Notes under the pieces: generated by a model
What the model saw: the letters and a program-made list of their open reading frames with translations, nothing else
The model's database searches: none
Told to the model about the DNA's origin: nothing
Shown here: in pieces, positions 24,507 to 38,101 of the stretch
How the letters are laid out: the number at the start of each line of letters is the position of its first letter
Numbering within the stretch: the first letter of the stretch is position 1
Position numbers and translations under genes: made by a program
Assembly: GCA_965645245.1 (NCBI GenBank)
Contig: OZ287070.1
Span: forward strand, 682,001 to 746,000
From: Massalongia carnosa
Taxonomy: Eukaryota
Length of the DNA: 64,000 bases
Direction of reading: 5' to 3'

Positions 24507-25656
24507 ACTTGAGGACCTGCAGTGGCAGTGTCAGAAACTACATTGCAAACGAGCGGTTGGGCAGAAATTCAAAAAGCAGCAGACATTCAAATGATTGGCT
24601 ATGAAAATTGCTTTGTGCTTTGTGTGACAACACCTTCGATTGGAGTTCGCATGCAAGTTAACGGGTTATCAATCTTCTCGTGAGAATAATCTCGTACCTT
24701 CGTTTTCCACTGCGGATATCCTTCCTAGGGCACCGCGAACAATCAGCTTTCTTTGATCTCCATGTCCATCAGTCTTTCCCACTTCGAAAGGGGAAGAGCA
24801 AATGCGGAATGTACTTCATACCTTGCAAATTTCCTTCCCTCAGCAGCACAGCACAGCACTTCCTTTCCCTCCGTAACACAAACCACAATACACGTTCCGA
24901 CCAAGTAATGCGACTCCGGCAGATCCAACTTGCAAAGCTCTTCGGTGAGATAGCAAAGAACCTGCAGAGGTGCACGGGATTTTCGTAGCTAGAGGGGACG
25001 CTTTCCTTGATTGGGTATGATGGCTGACAAACGGAAATTCTCTCGTCCAAAAGCTCACTAAGATGCTCGGATAAAATTTAGCCCGTCCACATTTGCGAAC
25101 CACGCAACAAAGTTTTTCCGGGTATAATCTAGGCTCTTATTCTTTTACATCGTTAAATTTTTCATCGCTCGTTATTAAATTTACATGAAAACTGATATCT
25201 AAACATATTTTTTAGTATGATCAGGTTCAGTTAAGACTAGGCCTGTAGGCATGAGTCTCCTATACTTATCCCACCGCCTACCTCTGGCCCCTGAACCGTC
25301 ATACCCAATCTAACAGCTTGAAATTAATAGATTGATTCCAGGGCAACATTCATTGCGTAGCAATAATGACCACCTCGACTCAAAGCTCTGGCTCAAGACT
25401 AGGTCTTGTTGAAGTAGCTTACGCTTAGGATATCACTATTGATGTCCTAGCTATCGATAAAGATGAATATTGATACAGGGGTATTTGCTCAAATAAAGAT
25501 AGTTCTAGGCAAAATACGGATAGGAAGAATCGTTTAGTAATCTATCTCAAAAGCGCCCAATTCTTAACTCCAAAGAATCTGACCTCTGCCCTCGCTTGCA
25601 TCAATGCCAAGCAACAAGAATGACATAATGTGCATAGGACAGTCGCTCGCTTTCCA

Positions 25657-26585
25657 TTAATCCCGCCTCCTATTGCCCTCATAGTGATCTTCTCTCCGAT
25701 AGTTCCAGCCGCTGCTCCTTCTGCGTCCTTGATCTCTCTGAGGCGATGAGCGCTCTTTATATATGTCTTGTCGGTTTGGACTCCTACTTCGTGACTGATA
25801 AGGTATTTTGTGATCTCGGCTAGATCCCAATTCTTGTCTCTGGCGAATGTCATCTTTATCAAATACCATATCGTAGCCCATTGATCGTCTCTGTCTTCCT
25901 TCGTCACGAGATTCTGCAGCACGGTATTGTCTTTTTTTTTCGAGATGCGAGACCCCCCCAAATCCACCTCCTTGTTTTGCGCGTTTTGAGTTTGTAGCGT
26001 TTCTCCATGTATCAGAAAGTCTGGATACCTATATGCATGTCAAGTACAAATGTAGGCCACAACGAGGAACAATCCTACGCTTTGTGAAAAGTCAACATGG
26101 ATTCGATGATCATCTATTAGCACACCCTGCATTTTGAAATATGCCTGCTCGCAATCCTTTTGCTGCTCGAACTCGATGAACGCATACTGAAGACTATCAC
26201 TTGTGCGCTTGTCTCGGATGACCTCACAGGAAAGTATCTTGCCGAAGCGGCTGAATATGAGGTTTAGATCTTCGTCTGTAGACTGCTTTAGTATCGACAT
26301 GCTTGCCAAGCCAGCTAGATCATAGGTCTGACCTTCTGTAACAGGATTAAGCTTGCATACAAATAGAATGTTTTCTGGCGGTTTGACCTCCGCATATGGT
26401 AAATCTCCAACAATTTCCAGTGTTAAAGCCTGCGCCCTAGCTTCTCTTTCCCGTCGCGCTTTTTCTCTTGCCTCCTCTTGAGCGGCTTCGTCGACCTCGG
26501 CTCTACTCCGATCTGGGTTGAGAAGATCATTGTCGACGGTATTTAATCCAGCGGCAGGTAACTCATTTTCTGCCTCGTCACTCAT
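25657..26585 (-). CDS. PPIL4/Rct1-type RRM protein (C-terminal half only; no cyclophilin domain seen)
   Basis: [40 protein letters not shown] / [12 protein letters not shown]...SLQYAFIEF...[14 protein letters not shown] / VS... then an Arg/Asp-rich tail. Two introns, no internal stops. Confidence 0.85.
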
Positions 26586-26759
26586 TTCTTTCTCCACGAT
26601 ATTCTGGATATTTCAAGTTCAGATAGTATTCACAAGCATCCTTTGATCAGCAAAGGATAAAGTATCTCCAATCAAGTGGTACAAGTATCTAAAGTATTCG
26701 GAATGCACTACCTTGATGCAACTGCATGCCGTATGGTCCCCGTAAGGGTCCAGGCTTTT

Positions 26760-27330
26760 CAAAATACTAGGAATTTAGTAACATCAAAACATCGCTATAC
26801 GTTTATTTTCAATCAAATGAAAAGAGTGCATCAAGTAATTAATGCAGAAGGTGATTATTCTTTTCATGAATAATATCTTTTATCATTCAAGCAAGGTAGT
26901 AACTATACACCTTGTCGTCATGAATAACATTATTTCGCATCTTGTATGATGTTCTTCAAGACTACGGTGGCGACTATGGTGGCCGTTCCGAATACTTTAC
27001 AATATCATCACCTCGTTGCAACGTTTGAGTGACTTAACGATTTCGACCTCGCAGAACAACGCCAAGTTTGTAACATCGTTATCGCTTTATATGATTATGA
27101 TTAATGTAAATTTGGTTTTTTCATGTGCAAAGCAATTTTATATACATGTTATTATTTTCGTCAAGTCGATTCTATGCGAAGTGTAATTAGATTATCTTAC
27201 ATGAACTTTACAATGGAATTTCAAGTAATTTTCATTTAAAATTTAATATCTTTATATTTTCGAAGAAACAAGTCCGTGCAAATATTAAAACCAAGACGTC
27301 AAAATGTCGAAAATCCACAATATTATATGA
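26760..27330. other. AT-rich degenerate block, possibly a RIP-decayed repeat remnant
   Basis: Visibly more AT-rich than its flanks, poor in CC/GG, with no coherent ORF. Confidence 0.35.
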
Positions 27331-29880
27331 GTTTTGCGCTCAGACATGCTATCGCAGCCACATTAATCAGCTGAGACGCTAATCCGAAGGAGCTTAGCTA
27401 AATAGGTTAACCCAAAGGGACTTACACTCGTGCACATCTGAGGTACTGAGGCAATCTCAACTCTGCCACCACCTTACTGTTTCACTGTCATGGATTTCTT
27501 TGGTTTTAAAAGTGTTTCTGCGTGTTGTCAATGTTTCATTTCTAAATACGAGATTGCTTGGTTATTTGAGAGGGATTGAGGAATTTGGAAGGCTCAAAGC
27601 CTTGAGATTTAGACTGTGAAGAGGCCCATTTTTCTTCTTCGCCGAATGAATACTATTGTTATGTCCAGCAGATATATTTACTGATATCATTGTAATCTCC
27701 TCTTCTCTGACGTATTGCACTTCCTTGGCTCCCCGAATGAATGCTACACCTTATTAAAGGATGAACTCAGAAACCTTTCCACACTCTTCTGGCGGAAATT
27801 CTAAGACTAGCTAAAGCTGTTCAGCAGTACCCCATACTTTGTACACAGCATCTAGGTTTTCCACACTTTCTCTTCACTGTGGGACCTTGCACTGCTAGCC
27901 CACATTTCCAACGCTTGCGGGATGGCTTACCCGCGTAGCAGGAAATGCGAGCTCCCGTTCCAAGTGTATCAGACAACAAATGAACGCAGGACTAGTCGGC
28001 ATATGACATTATCAATATCAGGGTATCTTCGTCGAAAGCCAAACGGAAAGTGTTAAATGGCTTCCGTTGAAAACATCTTGTCGATCTTTACGTCAAGCAT
28101 TGATACTCCCTGGTGTTCCACATTCGGTAGATCGATCTTGCTACGCCCCAACTATATGGGACTGGGTCGGTAAGAATTAGCCGCACGTGTTCTAAGCTGG
28201 GTACGGTATTCTAGCATTATTCCTGTGATATAAGGTATTCAGGCTGGCGCGCAGGTGATAAATATGCTTGGCAAGTACACGCGGCTGAAGCTTCCAACGC
28301 TCTCATGCTGTAGCCACGCTCTTAACGTGGCATTACATGCAGAAGACTGGATCTCCAAGCTATGATATTCAGTGAAAGTTTATCCGGATTATCTCTTCAG
28401 CTGCATTGAAGGCAGGAGTTTATTGCTCAAATCGGAAATACACTACAGTCGAGGTACTGTGGGATTCTTCTTCGGATTGAGATCCCCTTGAAGATGTTGT
28501 ACTTTTCTGATGTTCCACCACAACTTCTTCAGATGGTTTCATTACATTTCATTAGTGGATCCTTTTAGAATGCTACTAGAAATAATATGTTCAACAGTAG
28601 CTTTACGAAACTAAGGTAATTTAGATTTGCTTCAAATATCCGGCTTGAGTTTTCTGTTCAGGTTGGTGTTGATGCAGTCTCGGGAGCCGGCAGTCCTATC
28701 TTTGGGCTGAGACTGCGTTGCCATATACCTGAATAGACGAAGAAAGCGCAAACTTCAGGTTTTCTGAAGGGGTTGTGCAAATGCCTGAATAGACGCAGGC
28801 CTCTGAAACACATTTGAGGTTGCAGTGCAAAATCAACCAGGAAGATTGGGGCTAACTGCAATGCATTATTGTCTCCCCTCTTTCTCGATTCTCAATATTT
28901 ATTATTTACCTCAATAGCTCATTCTATGGCTCGATTGCCGCCAGGCAAAAAAACTTGGGGGGATACGAACCCAAAGTTTGTCAAACTAACCCAAGATGGA
29001 ATAAGCAATCAGATGAGCAAGCTGGACTAAAAGCCTGCAATCGTGAGCTTCTAACGATACCCCACATACCTTGGTATGATAAAGGAAACTGAGGTAATAC
29101 TATCAAACACATATCGTGTGCAGGCTACCGTTAGATCCTGCCTAACGCTATCTCTGAAGTCCTTTACGATGCTTTATCCTTTGATTTTGAATCGATTTGC
29201 ACCAAGACTGTCTCATAGCTCCCCTCTGCTGGGATATCTCACAGACTGTTCTTCTAAAGCTGTGTTAGCCATTGGGGTCTCCCAAGAAAGCAACCGCAAT
29301 AACTCGATTAATGCTTGGCTGGATCTGTATTACGTGCCAACCTGCTTCTTCTGAGTGTGGTTTTTATTCTCCCTATCACTCATCAGATTTCTAAGAGTCG
29401 TTTTGCCAGACTCCTGCAGTCTAGGAAATGCAAATTCCCGCCTTTCCAAGCCAACTATAAAGCAATGCAGGGTTTTCAGAAAGACATACACTGAAATCGC
29501 CTTGTGAATATAAGCGTTGCGAACCAGTAGACGCAATTATTTCTCGGCTGCCCATCACAAATGACAAGTTGCACCCTACACCAACGTGGCATCAAGCACT
29601 ATCTCTGCCAGGGTTCAGCAATCTATTATGCTGGCTGTTCCCGGAATTCAGATCGAAGCCTGTCTTTTACTTATAGGACCAGATTATCCCGAGCTTTTCT
29701 CCAATGTCATTCGTTGCCATCCCTGCCTTGTCACCGGTTTCCTTGGGCAATACTCGTATATCTTAACCTAGATCTAGCACTTCATTGAAGAATACGAGAG
29801 ACTACTTGAGCTTGGAGTGCCTTAACAGCATTCTGCTCCGTGTCTGACCGACTCAATAATACTATCCGAAAACCAAGAAG

Positions 29881-31537
29881 ATGACCCGACACTACTTTGA
29901 ATCGCTTGAACCAGTGGAATACTCTCGTCGCCTAAGTCGACCACATCTGTCGCGAGAAAACGTTCGATCTTTCCCAATGGCTCACCATCCACCGAGCCCT
30001 ACTCATGACTCCGAAGACGACAAAGCAGAGAACCCGCCAAGGCGACGCATTGCTCTTGCTGTAAAGTTTCCTCAATGAGTCCATAGGATTTTGTGCCCCG
30101 GAAGACCAGAGAGCTAACAGCTGTAATCGTAGTGTTCGCGGTGTCGCAAAAGGAAGATCAAGTGCAGTGGGGATTCTAGCAGTGGCCAGGGCTGTCTAAA
30201 TTGCAAAAATGCTGGCATGGACCCTGGAAGTTGTCAGTTCTTGAGGGTATGGTAGATGTATAGTAATGGCTTAAAATTTGGCATTGACCTTCCGGATGAT
30301 CTAGGTAAACTCAACCAGTACACTTTACTCGCCGAGCGTTTCTTGGCCATATTCAACTTCTGACTCTATTATTCCAACTCCCGCCATGCCTCGCGTTGGC
30401 AGCAACACGGTGCATTATGCGGCCCCGAATGGGACTTTAGTTTCGTCATCTGGACCAGGTTACAGCTCAAACCCAGCTCAGTTCTCACGCCAAACCACTC
30501 TCAACAGCCTGACTGGTGTATCATACCATTCGCGCCAGCCTTATTCTTCAAACTATGGACCCAGCTTTGGCGACGATATTTTCGATTCGTACCCGATGCC
30601 AGTTTCGCAATACCTCCTACAAGATTCGCAAACATCTACCAGCGGATACATAGGGTCAGAAAGTTCACGTAACTGGACGCCTATTCCACATATTAACCAC
30701 AAAGTCCCTCATGGAAGTTCGACTTTCGATCAAGAGTCTTCTTTAAGATGTGCGATCGCCCCATACTCATACCTGAATTCTTCAGGATCGTCCATTTCCA
30801 GCGTTGCAGCTGATGGATCTACAGCTTTTCCAGGCATGGGTTCGTTGGCAACGTCGCTACCAGCGCATTCTGCAAACGTTAATAGAACACTGCCCAATCC
30901 AACCTCAAAGAAGCCACTGAGGAGTAGCGTTAACTATGTTAGTCAAGGAGAATTGAACGAGTCATCTACTGCTGGGGGGGTCCCTGGAAATATTCATTAC
31001 CGGCCGGGCGGCTCATGGGATTCTGAACATATCTCGGCTGGAGGTAATCAGGAATCTATAAGCGCGACATCTATCACTCACACAGGAGCCACGGAAAGAA
31101 CTAACTGCAAGCCATCTGCTTCTCCCCGCGGCTCACATGATCCCAATAACTTTGCGTTCATCCCGTCGTCTCAGGTTCCACTGGCGACCAACACTCAGTT
31201 ACCAGATTTTTTACCGGAGCCCGCAATTCCAGCCGACAGCCAACATGGCTTGCCAGCTACGACTTTTTCGACAGGTCTCTCGAGTGATCCTATGCTATCG
31301 AGTCAGGGCTCCTCCCTTTACAGTTACAGTATGGGAAGTGGGACAAGGAATTCCTCCATCACCAACCCAAGCTGCTCTGAAGGGACGCTTGTAAGTGGGC
31401 TTACATATACGCAATTGCCTCAACTTCACTCACAGCTTTCCGTACCCTTTGAAGTATCGCGAAAAGTCTCATTCGAGGATTCCCATACAACGCACCGAAC
31501 TTCCTCTGTCTCAAGCTCTAGTGCCGGACGTTATTGA
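29881..31537 (+). CDS. Zn(II)2Cys6 transcription factor, 3 exons
   Basis: PRRRIALA / CSRCRKRKIKCSGDSSSGQGCLNCKNAGMDPGSCQFLR / Ser-rich tail. Introns at 30061-30132 and 30247-30304. Confidence 0.9.
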
Positions 31538-32974
31538 ACCGTGATAATAATAGACAATTTTGAACGAGAATTTGCTAGTCACTTGATGGGTTCATCACAA
31601 TATCAGCACTTAGCTGCTCGTTTTGTTGTATGAAGTAAAACGTCGCAAAAAATCATCGATTGGTAAAAGTGCTTTGCCGCATCTCAAGTTTTTTTGGTGG
31701 GTGTTAATATTACGCAATGTATTGATTTTATTTTCCTGTTTCTTATAACGGTAGTTAAGTTTATGCTCTGGGGGAATTTTTTGGCCACGGGAGATGCTTG
31801 AAATCTCCAACACTCATCATCCAGGATAAAATTTTATTCAACATAGTCCCTGGTCGCAAATTGCTGGTTACTTCAAACTTCTCTCTGATGAAGGCTTGGA
31901 GAATCCTCGGCCTCCTGTAGTTCCAACAAGTTTCTTGTAGCTTTGGGTCTTGCCAGGCGTGATGGTAGATGATCCCTTTCTTTTTCGGCAAGCTTCCTGT
32001 GAGTACATCCTTTCGACGGACGATGGAGATTACTAGTGTGATATCCTATGAGAAATCAACACCACAATGGTCATTCAGAGCCTATCATCACTTGAACCTT
32101 CCAAGGCCTCCTTTCTTATTGGGAAGCAAGGCGCGGCAATTGAAATACAAATATCCTAGAGAAAGGCTTTCAAAGACCCCTGGCAGATCTTTCTCCTATT
32201 TTTTGGACATTAACCTGAATCTGGAGGGCAAGCACCTTAGAGTAGGCCAGAGAGAATTCTATCAAAGTTGGCATCGAGAACGACAAATGTCTTAACACTA
32301 CCAAAGCCTAAACCCCTCGTGTATAAGCTTAATTTAAACACTGTATATATTAATCTTACTACAAGTTCTGTTGGCATGGTGTTTCGATGCGACAGTTCCT
32401 TTAGAAATCGAGTTTTTAAGTCTTTTCTACCCAATAGACTGGTCGTGAGGAGATAGGGGAAATGGCGCGATAGATAGAGTAAGAACCTACTATGTCTAGT
32501 CAAGAAGGTTCGAGAGCATCTTGAACGGACGTGGAGCTCGGTCTTTGCGTATTATGCTATGATGTGTGGATGATTAAACGTACGGAAAAGAAACTGTGGC
32601 ATATGGTATTTGGTATGGCATTTAGGTCTGTGATGCATGAAACAAACTTGGCTGCCTAATTTGATTTGGATTTTATCGAAATCAACGACGGAGATATCTT
32701 ATTTTGGAAATGGGCTTTGCCTTACTTGTAAGAACAAATCTAAATTTGGATTGGGTGTGTTATCATACATCATGACACGCATACTTGACCTGACCAACCG
32801 ACAACATTGATACCTGCTTTACCTGAAGACTGCCTGGCTTCTTGTCAAGAAGGTTGATAGATTGCTTGCCTTAGGCGTCACCAAATGCGACAACGTACGA
32901 CCACACAAGGAGTAGAGGCAATCCGATAACCATTGAGCACAGCACCCCACCAGTAATATTGTATAACCAATTCT

Positions 32975-33574
32975 CTACTTCTTTTTTTTATCCTTTGCTC
33001 CCCCTTTCGTCTTTGCCGTCCCACGCACAGTCTTAGCTCGGTTCTTGCGTTGTTTGCCTATCGTGCCACACCACAATTAGTTATATTGTTCAATCACCTC
33101 CATCATCTAGACACATAGATTCTCGCTGCCCCAAGACCCCAATCGAGTTCATTCTGTAAGGATACATACGCTGCTGTCTGCTCGGCTTCTCAATCTTGCT
33201 CGACACCCCATATCTCACCAGCCGATAATGTGGCTCGAATTTTTTCAGCGCCTCGTGCGAATCATAAATAAGCGCAAACCCGGTGCTCTTGCCGCCACCG
33301 TATTGCGTTCGAAAGCCGAAGGCGGAGACTTGGTCCTTATTGACTTTGTAGAGCTCAGCGAGCTTTTGGCGCAGCTCGTCTTTGCAAACATTGGCGCGAT
33401 TGGGGTGAAGAACGTCGCTATATCGGGGGTACCCTGTGAGATTGTGTACGCAAGATATAGAAATGGATGAAAGTTGTTCTAGGTGACTCACACGACCATT
33501 TGCTTACGGCCTAGAAGGGCATTTCGGAGGAATTTACGCGTGCGCAGCGTTACTGGCTGCTCCCGGTCTGCCAT
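32975..33574 (-). CDS. RPS24: 40S ribosomal protein S24 (eS24), 3 exons
   Basis: [21 protein letters not shown] / [10 protein letters not shown]...[21 protein letters not shown] / [15 protein letters not shown]. Confidence 0.97.
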
Positions 33575-33872
33575 GATTGTGCTAGTCTTCGCTATGAGCT
33601 TCGTAACATGAGGTGTGATAAGAGATTCGGATGTAACTGACAGATATATAGAATCAAGTTTCGATATCGTCAATTCTGCGTGCGGCTAAAACCCTAAGCG
33701 AGTCACGCTAATTGAAGCTAAGACGAGTAAGGTATTAGTTCACCGATTTGGACACACTTTACGCCCGCACAGAGTACTCTAATATAAGTTATCCTTCACA
33801 GCAGCTCCCTCCAAATGCTTATCTGGTATAACTATCCAATAGCTAGGGTCGTTATTGTGGCAATGCGAGACG

Positions 33873-35261
33873 ATGGCTCTTGATCCCACCTCCGAGCTGG
33901 CGAGTCGCGTCGATCTTCTCAGGAGACAATATCTTCAGCTTGTCGATTTAGAACGCCTAGCAATACCAAACTTAGATTCCCTAAGGTTACCAGATGTCCA
34001 AGCAGAGATCTTTCAAACGATGTTTGATGAGGAGACTCGTCCTTTCCCTTCTCCCGACCGATATAAGTTTCGTGTCCTGAAAAAGATTGTGGATGCTTTA
34101 GAGGAGGCGGTTGTTGACCATGAAGATGATGTATAGACTCCTTTGCCATTTCATTTTTTTTATCATATACATGTCGTTGTACATAATGTCTTTGCTTCCT
34201 CGTGAATAAACTGTCAACGTGTACCTGTACTGATGTCCCTATATTTGGATTTACCAGGAGATGTCAAATGACTTGATTACATGCCTCGCTCCACTCTTAG
34301 CGAGATCTCTAGTTTCGGCAACTACGGCTGCCCAGCAGAAAAGTTATGTTACCTACACAGCGCCTTTATGTGCCTTTGGTGCTCCCGAAGTTACCTTGTT
34401 TGAAGCTCGCTCTTTGTTAGGCTCTTCCGGAATCACAGGTTTGAGAACATGGGAGGCAGCTCTGTTTCTGGGGACATATTTCTTTTCTCCGGCGGCAAGG
34501 CACTTCGTTCGAAATAAGAATATTCTTGAGCTAGGTGCAGGGACAGGGTTTTTATCTATTCTTTGCGCAAAGCATCTTGGGGCCAAATATGTGCTGGCCA
34601 CTGACGGGAGTAGAGAAACACTTGCTGATCTTGAATTAAACTTATCACTCAACGGTCTTGAGGGAGCCGAGATTATTGAAACCTCTTTTTTAAAGTGGGG
34701 CCAAATGCTCGATGGCGATCTTCTGAAGGCTCATGATGAAATCCATCCATTCGACTTGATCATAGGTGTAGACGTGGTGCGTGTGGATCAACGTCTTATC
34801 AAATATATTTTTCTTTCATTTAACCGTATCTACTATTTATTTAATCGGAGTTCTCTCTAGTTTAGGCCATCACTTTACTTTGTTTGTGCAACTTATAAGA
34901 CTCTGAAGCTAATATAATCAAAGACGTATGATGTTGAGGCAATTATCGCATTAGTTTCGACTTTACGAGACCTCTTGTATCGATTTCCAGCAGCGGAAGC
35001 TTTGTTCGCTGCCACGGTACGGAACGAGGGCACTATAGCGGTGTTTGTTGGTGCATGCGGTTTGTAGATCTCACAATGTGAAGAATTGTGAGATCCACCT
35101 GACAATACTTGACAACAGAAAAAAGTGGCTTCAATATCAATGTTCTCGATATCGACCAACCTCATGAAGATCAGCAAGTCGGATTTTTCCATCCTTCGTC
35201 TACCCCCATCCGGGTCTTTTCAATATCCAGAACTAGGGCATCCAAAGACATGTCGTCTTGA
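33873..35261 (+). CDS. EFM3/EEF2KMT (FAM86)-like protein-lysine methyltransferase
   Basis: FAM86-like N-terminus (LRRQYLQL...YKFRVLKKIV), GITGLRTWEAAL, ILELGAGTG, VLATDG, DLIIGVDV/TYD, ATVRN. Confidence 0.85.
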
Positions 35262-35925
35262 AAGGGGACAGCGAGGAGGTTTTTTTCTCAGCTGAGAATG
35301 TAATCTCGATTTCAGGAGGTTCTAAGACCATCGCAGGCTATGCTCATGATAGGAGCTTTACGTAATTCTGTTTTGTGTCTGCATCACTAGCACCTTTTGT
35401 AATAGATTGATAGTGAACTGGTGGGTCATTGTGGTGGTGCTCAATCATAACCGCTCAAGCAACACAAGTCTAGTTAGCTAATCTTGATATTACAGATGCC
35501 TCTGGGATGATGTTTGCAACTATCAAAACGCAAGCAATCGTAAGAATACCATGAAAACATTGGATCATGCCCGGAACAAGCTGCAACATTCAGTGTATCC
35601 TTTACCTTATAACGCATAACAACAACACGTGAATAGGATATTCTTACCAAGCTCATCAATGCAGCTGTCATCAGGAAGATATCTTTATAAGAGAAATTAG
35701 TGACTCTAGCAGAGCGCTTTGGACCTGCTCCTAAAGGCAAGCAATTTTTACACCACATGTCTCGCTAGGCGTATATCATCATGCCCCCATCTCCAACAAG
35801 ATTTCTTCTCCTCACACTTACGACTATATTGTTATTTCACAAAGTACCTAAGCTCTCAGCCATTTATTTTTGTGGCTCAATAGTTCTATCAGTAAAGGAG
35901 TTGGGTATCCCCAGCTTGATTAGTC

Positions 35926-36650
35926 ATGACATATCGATATCCCATTCCCCCTCCCCGGCCTGTGGACCACACCCTACGAGACCGCCATTATCTCTACCGC
36001 GCAGGCCTTCCTCATCCCTACCAACGCCACGGACACGCTGAGTCCTCCCGACCCCATCCAAACAACAACTCTACCATCTCCACCCCGATCCTCGCCTTCC
36101 ACTCCTAGGAACCTACCCATCAACCCCAATTTCCCTCTCTTCCCCAGACGGCTTCGCCCCCCACTCGGTCTTCCTTCTCCCTCTCACCGCCTCCCCAACC
36201 CTTACCTCGCTCCTCGCGGCGGCTAAAAAAGTAAGACTGCTTGACTCCTACGTTCTCGCCTCCTACGTCGTCGAGGGCGCGCTCGAGAACCGCAATCTAA
36301 TGCAAGTGAGCGATGGGCCGCCGGGGGACATTTAGGTGGTAGAGAAGGGCAAGGAGGAGGTCGTTGCTTGTCTGGTGGAGGAGTTGAAGAGCGGGTGGGA
36401 GGTGCTGGGGGTCGGGAACAGAGGTAGCGAAGGCAGGGTGTTTTTGCGGTTTTCGTGCGGGTTTGGGCCTAGGACGGAAGATGACGACGATGACGCCGAT
36501 GATGATGATGATGACGATGAAGAAGGGATTGAGGAGGGGAAGGGGAAGCGCGAGGCTAATGCGAGGGGGAAGGCGAAGCGGGAAATGGGGCGGAAAGAGT
36601 GGAACGCGGAGAGGGACCAGGGTTTTAGGGAGATGAGGAGGGTGTATTAG
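35926..36650 (+). pseudogene. Possible disrupted ORF with an acidic tract
   Basis: A long coding-like frame (LYHLHPDPRLPLLG...) is interrupted by a single in-frame TAG at ~36333 and continues VVEKGKEEVVACL...DDDD. The 5' ATG frame is offset by a frameshift. Confidence 0.35.
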
Positions 36651-37048
36651 GAGAGGCGCAGGGTGGTGAATGAGAGGGCGGAGAAGTGAGAGGGTTGGGG
36701 GGGGTCTGGGATCGGGTAAGGAAGTTGCCAAGGGAGTAGATGGTGGGGGCTTTTGTGGACTTGGCGGTGCAAAAGGTTTGGAGGAGGCTGAGCGGTGACT
36801 GGAGAGCAGGGTGATCCGTGTATACTCCGGGGGTTTCTCTTGTCGATGGCATGTTTATACTGGACAAATTAACATATCCTCTCTTCAAGCCTATCTTGGA
36901 GAACTTAAACTCCACTCTCCGGTGAAACCGTCACAATGCAGCTAGCCCGTTTCTTGGCCTAGGAAGCCCATAGCTTCATAGGTTTTAACCATAACAAAAA
37001 AACTCCGATTTACCATCAAGTCTATCAGGCATCCCCCTTCAATACCTC

Positions 37049-37854
37049 TCACACCTCCTGCGGTACCACAATCCGGTCCGGCACCTCGGGCTTCACGTTC
37101 GTCACGACCCGCAACAGCTCCTCGACCACCTGATCCCCGCCCTTTTCCCCAGCAACTTTGATCTCCCTCACTTTCTCCTCGGCGTCGCGGCTCGCGTCTT
37201 CCTCGGCTTTCTGATTACCGCTCGTGTGCTGTGGCTCGGGCCGCGGAGGGGGGTGATGCGTCAGCCTCTGGAGTGAATAGTGGGTTGTTCAAGGAGGGTA
37301 GCAAAGGGGAGAAGTATGAGTGGATAATGGGGGTGGAGGGCGGAGAGGGACGGTATAGGGACCAACCTCCTTCTCGAATTTTTTGAACTCGTCATCTTTC
37401 CCCTTGCGGTACTCTTCTATCTCCTTCTGGGCCTCGTTACGGGCGTCTTTAACACGCTTGGTGCGGTCTGTAGAGTGGGCAGTGGTTAAGATTTAGGAGA
37501 AGGCAAAGCGGACGCTGGGGATACACTTGCTGCATGGATTGAAAGGGATGGGATTTCGTACATTCTCTCGCTTTTTGGGAGGTTGTTAGAAAAAGTAACT
37601 GTGAATTGGGGCTGGGGAGCTTGATGAAGGGGGGATAAACCTTTTTGGACAATCTTTTGAGCTTCTCGTTCAGCCTACGGACAGTCATTAGTTGGCAACT
37701 TCTGTGGGTGGAAAACTGCGTTCCGTTGGATTTTCTGAAGGGGGAGGAGGGCTACATCGAGGAGGGTTTGAATGCCCTTGGAGTTTTGGGCGGACTGGAA
37801 GGTTGGTTAATAGGTAGTCGAGTGAGCGGAACTCATGAGGTAGATGAGTACCAT
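37049..37854 (-). CDS. VMA10: V-ATPase subunit G
   Basis: ATG-only first coding exon, then SAQNSKGIQTLLD / AEREAQKIVQK / RTKRVKDARNEAQKEIEEYR / HTSGNQKAEEDA... Confidence 0.93.
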
Positions 37855-38101
37855 TGTCTGATAAATAGAAGTTACAGAAGAGAGGCAATTGATATGTATC
37901 TATTTGGCAGGTGTACGAGTGAGAGTTGAGAATGTGGTTCTCAGAAGGGAAAGCTTGAGGAAGGGAGTGGGCCAATCGTTATCAATCGTCCATCGTCCAT
38001 CGTCCATGAATGCCAAGGATTGTCATAGTCATATGTACAAATGCGTATTTCTTGCAACAAAACTCCTCCATCACCCTTCAAATCCCCCCGTCATACAAAG
38101 A

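Noticed and set aside
26715..26760. LDPYGD peptide as a remnant of the PPIL4 LDDPY motif
   Set aside because: Too short, and the flanking residues do not match. Likely chance.
31610..32560. Short ORFs between the Zn2Cys6 gene and RPS24
   Set aside because: No recognisable motifs or consistent splice model.
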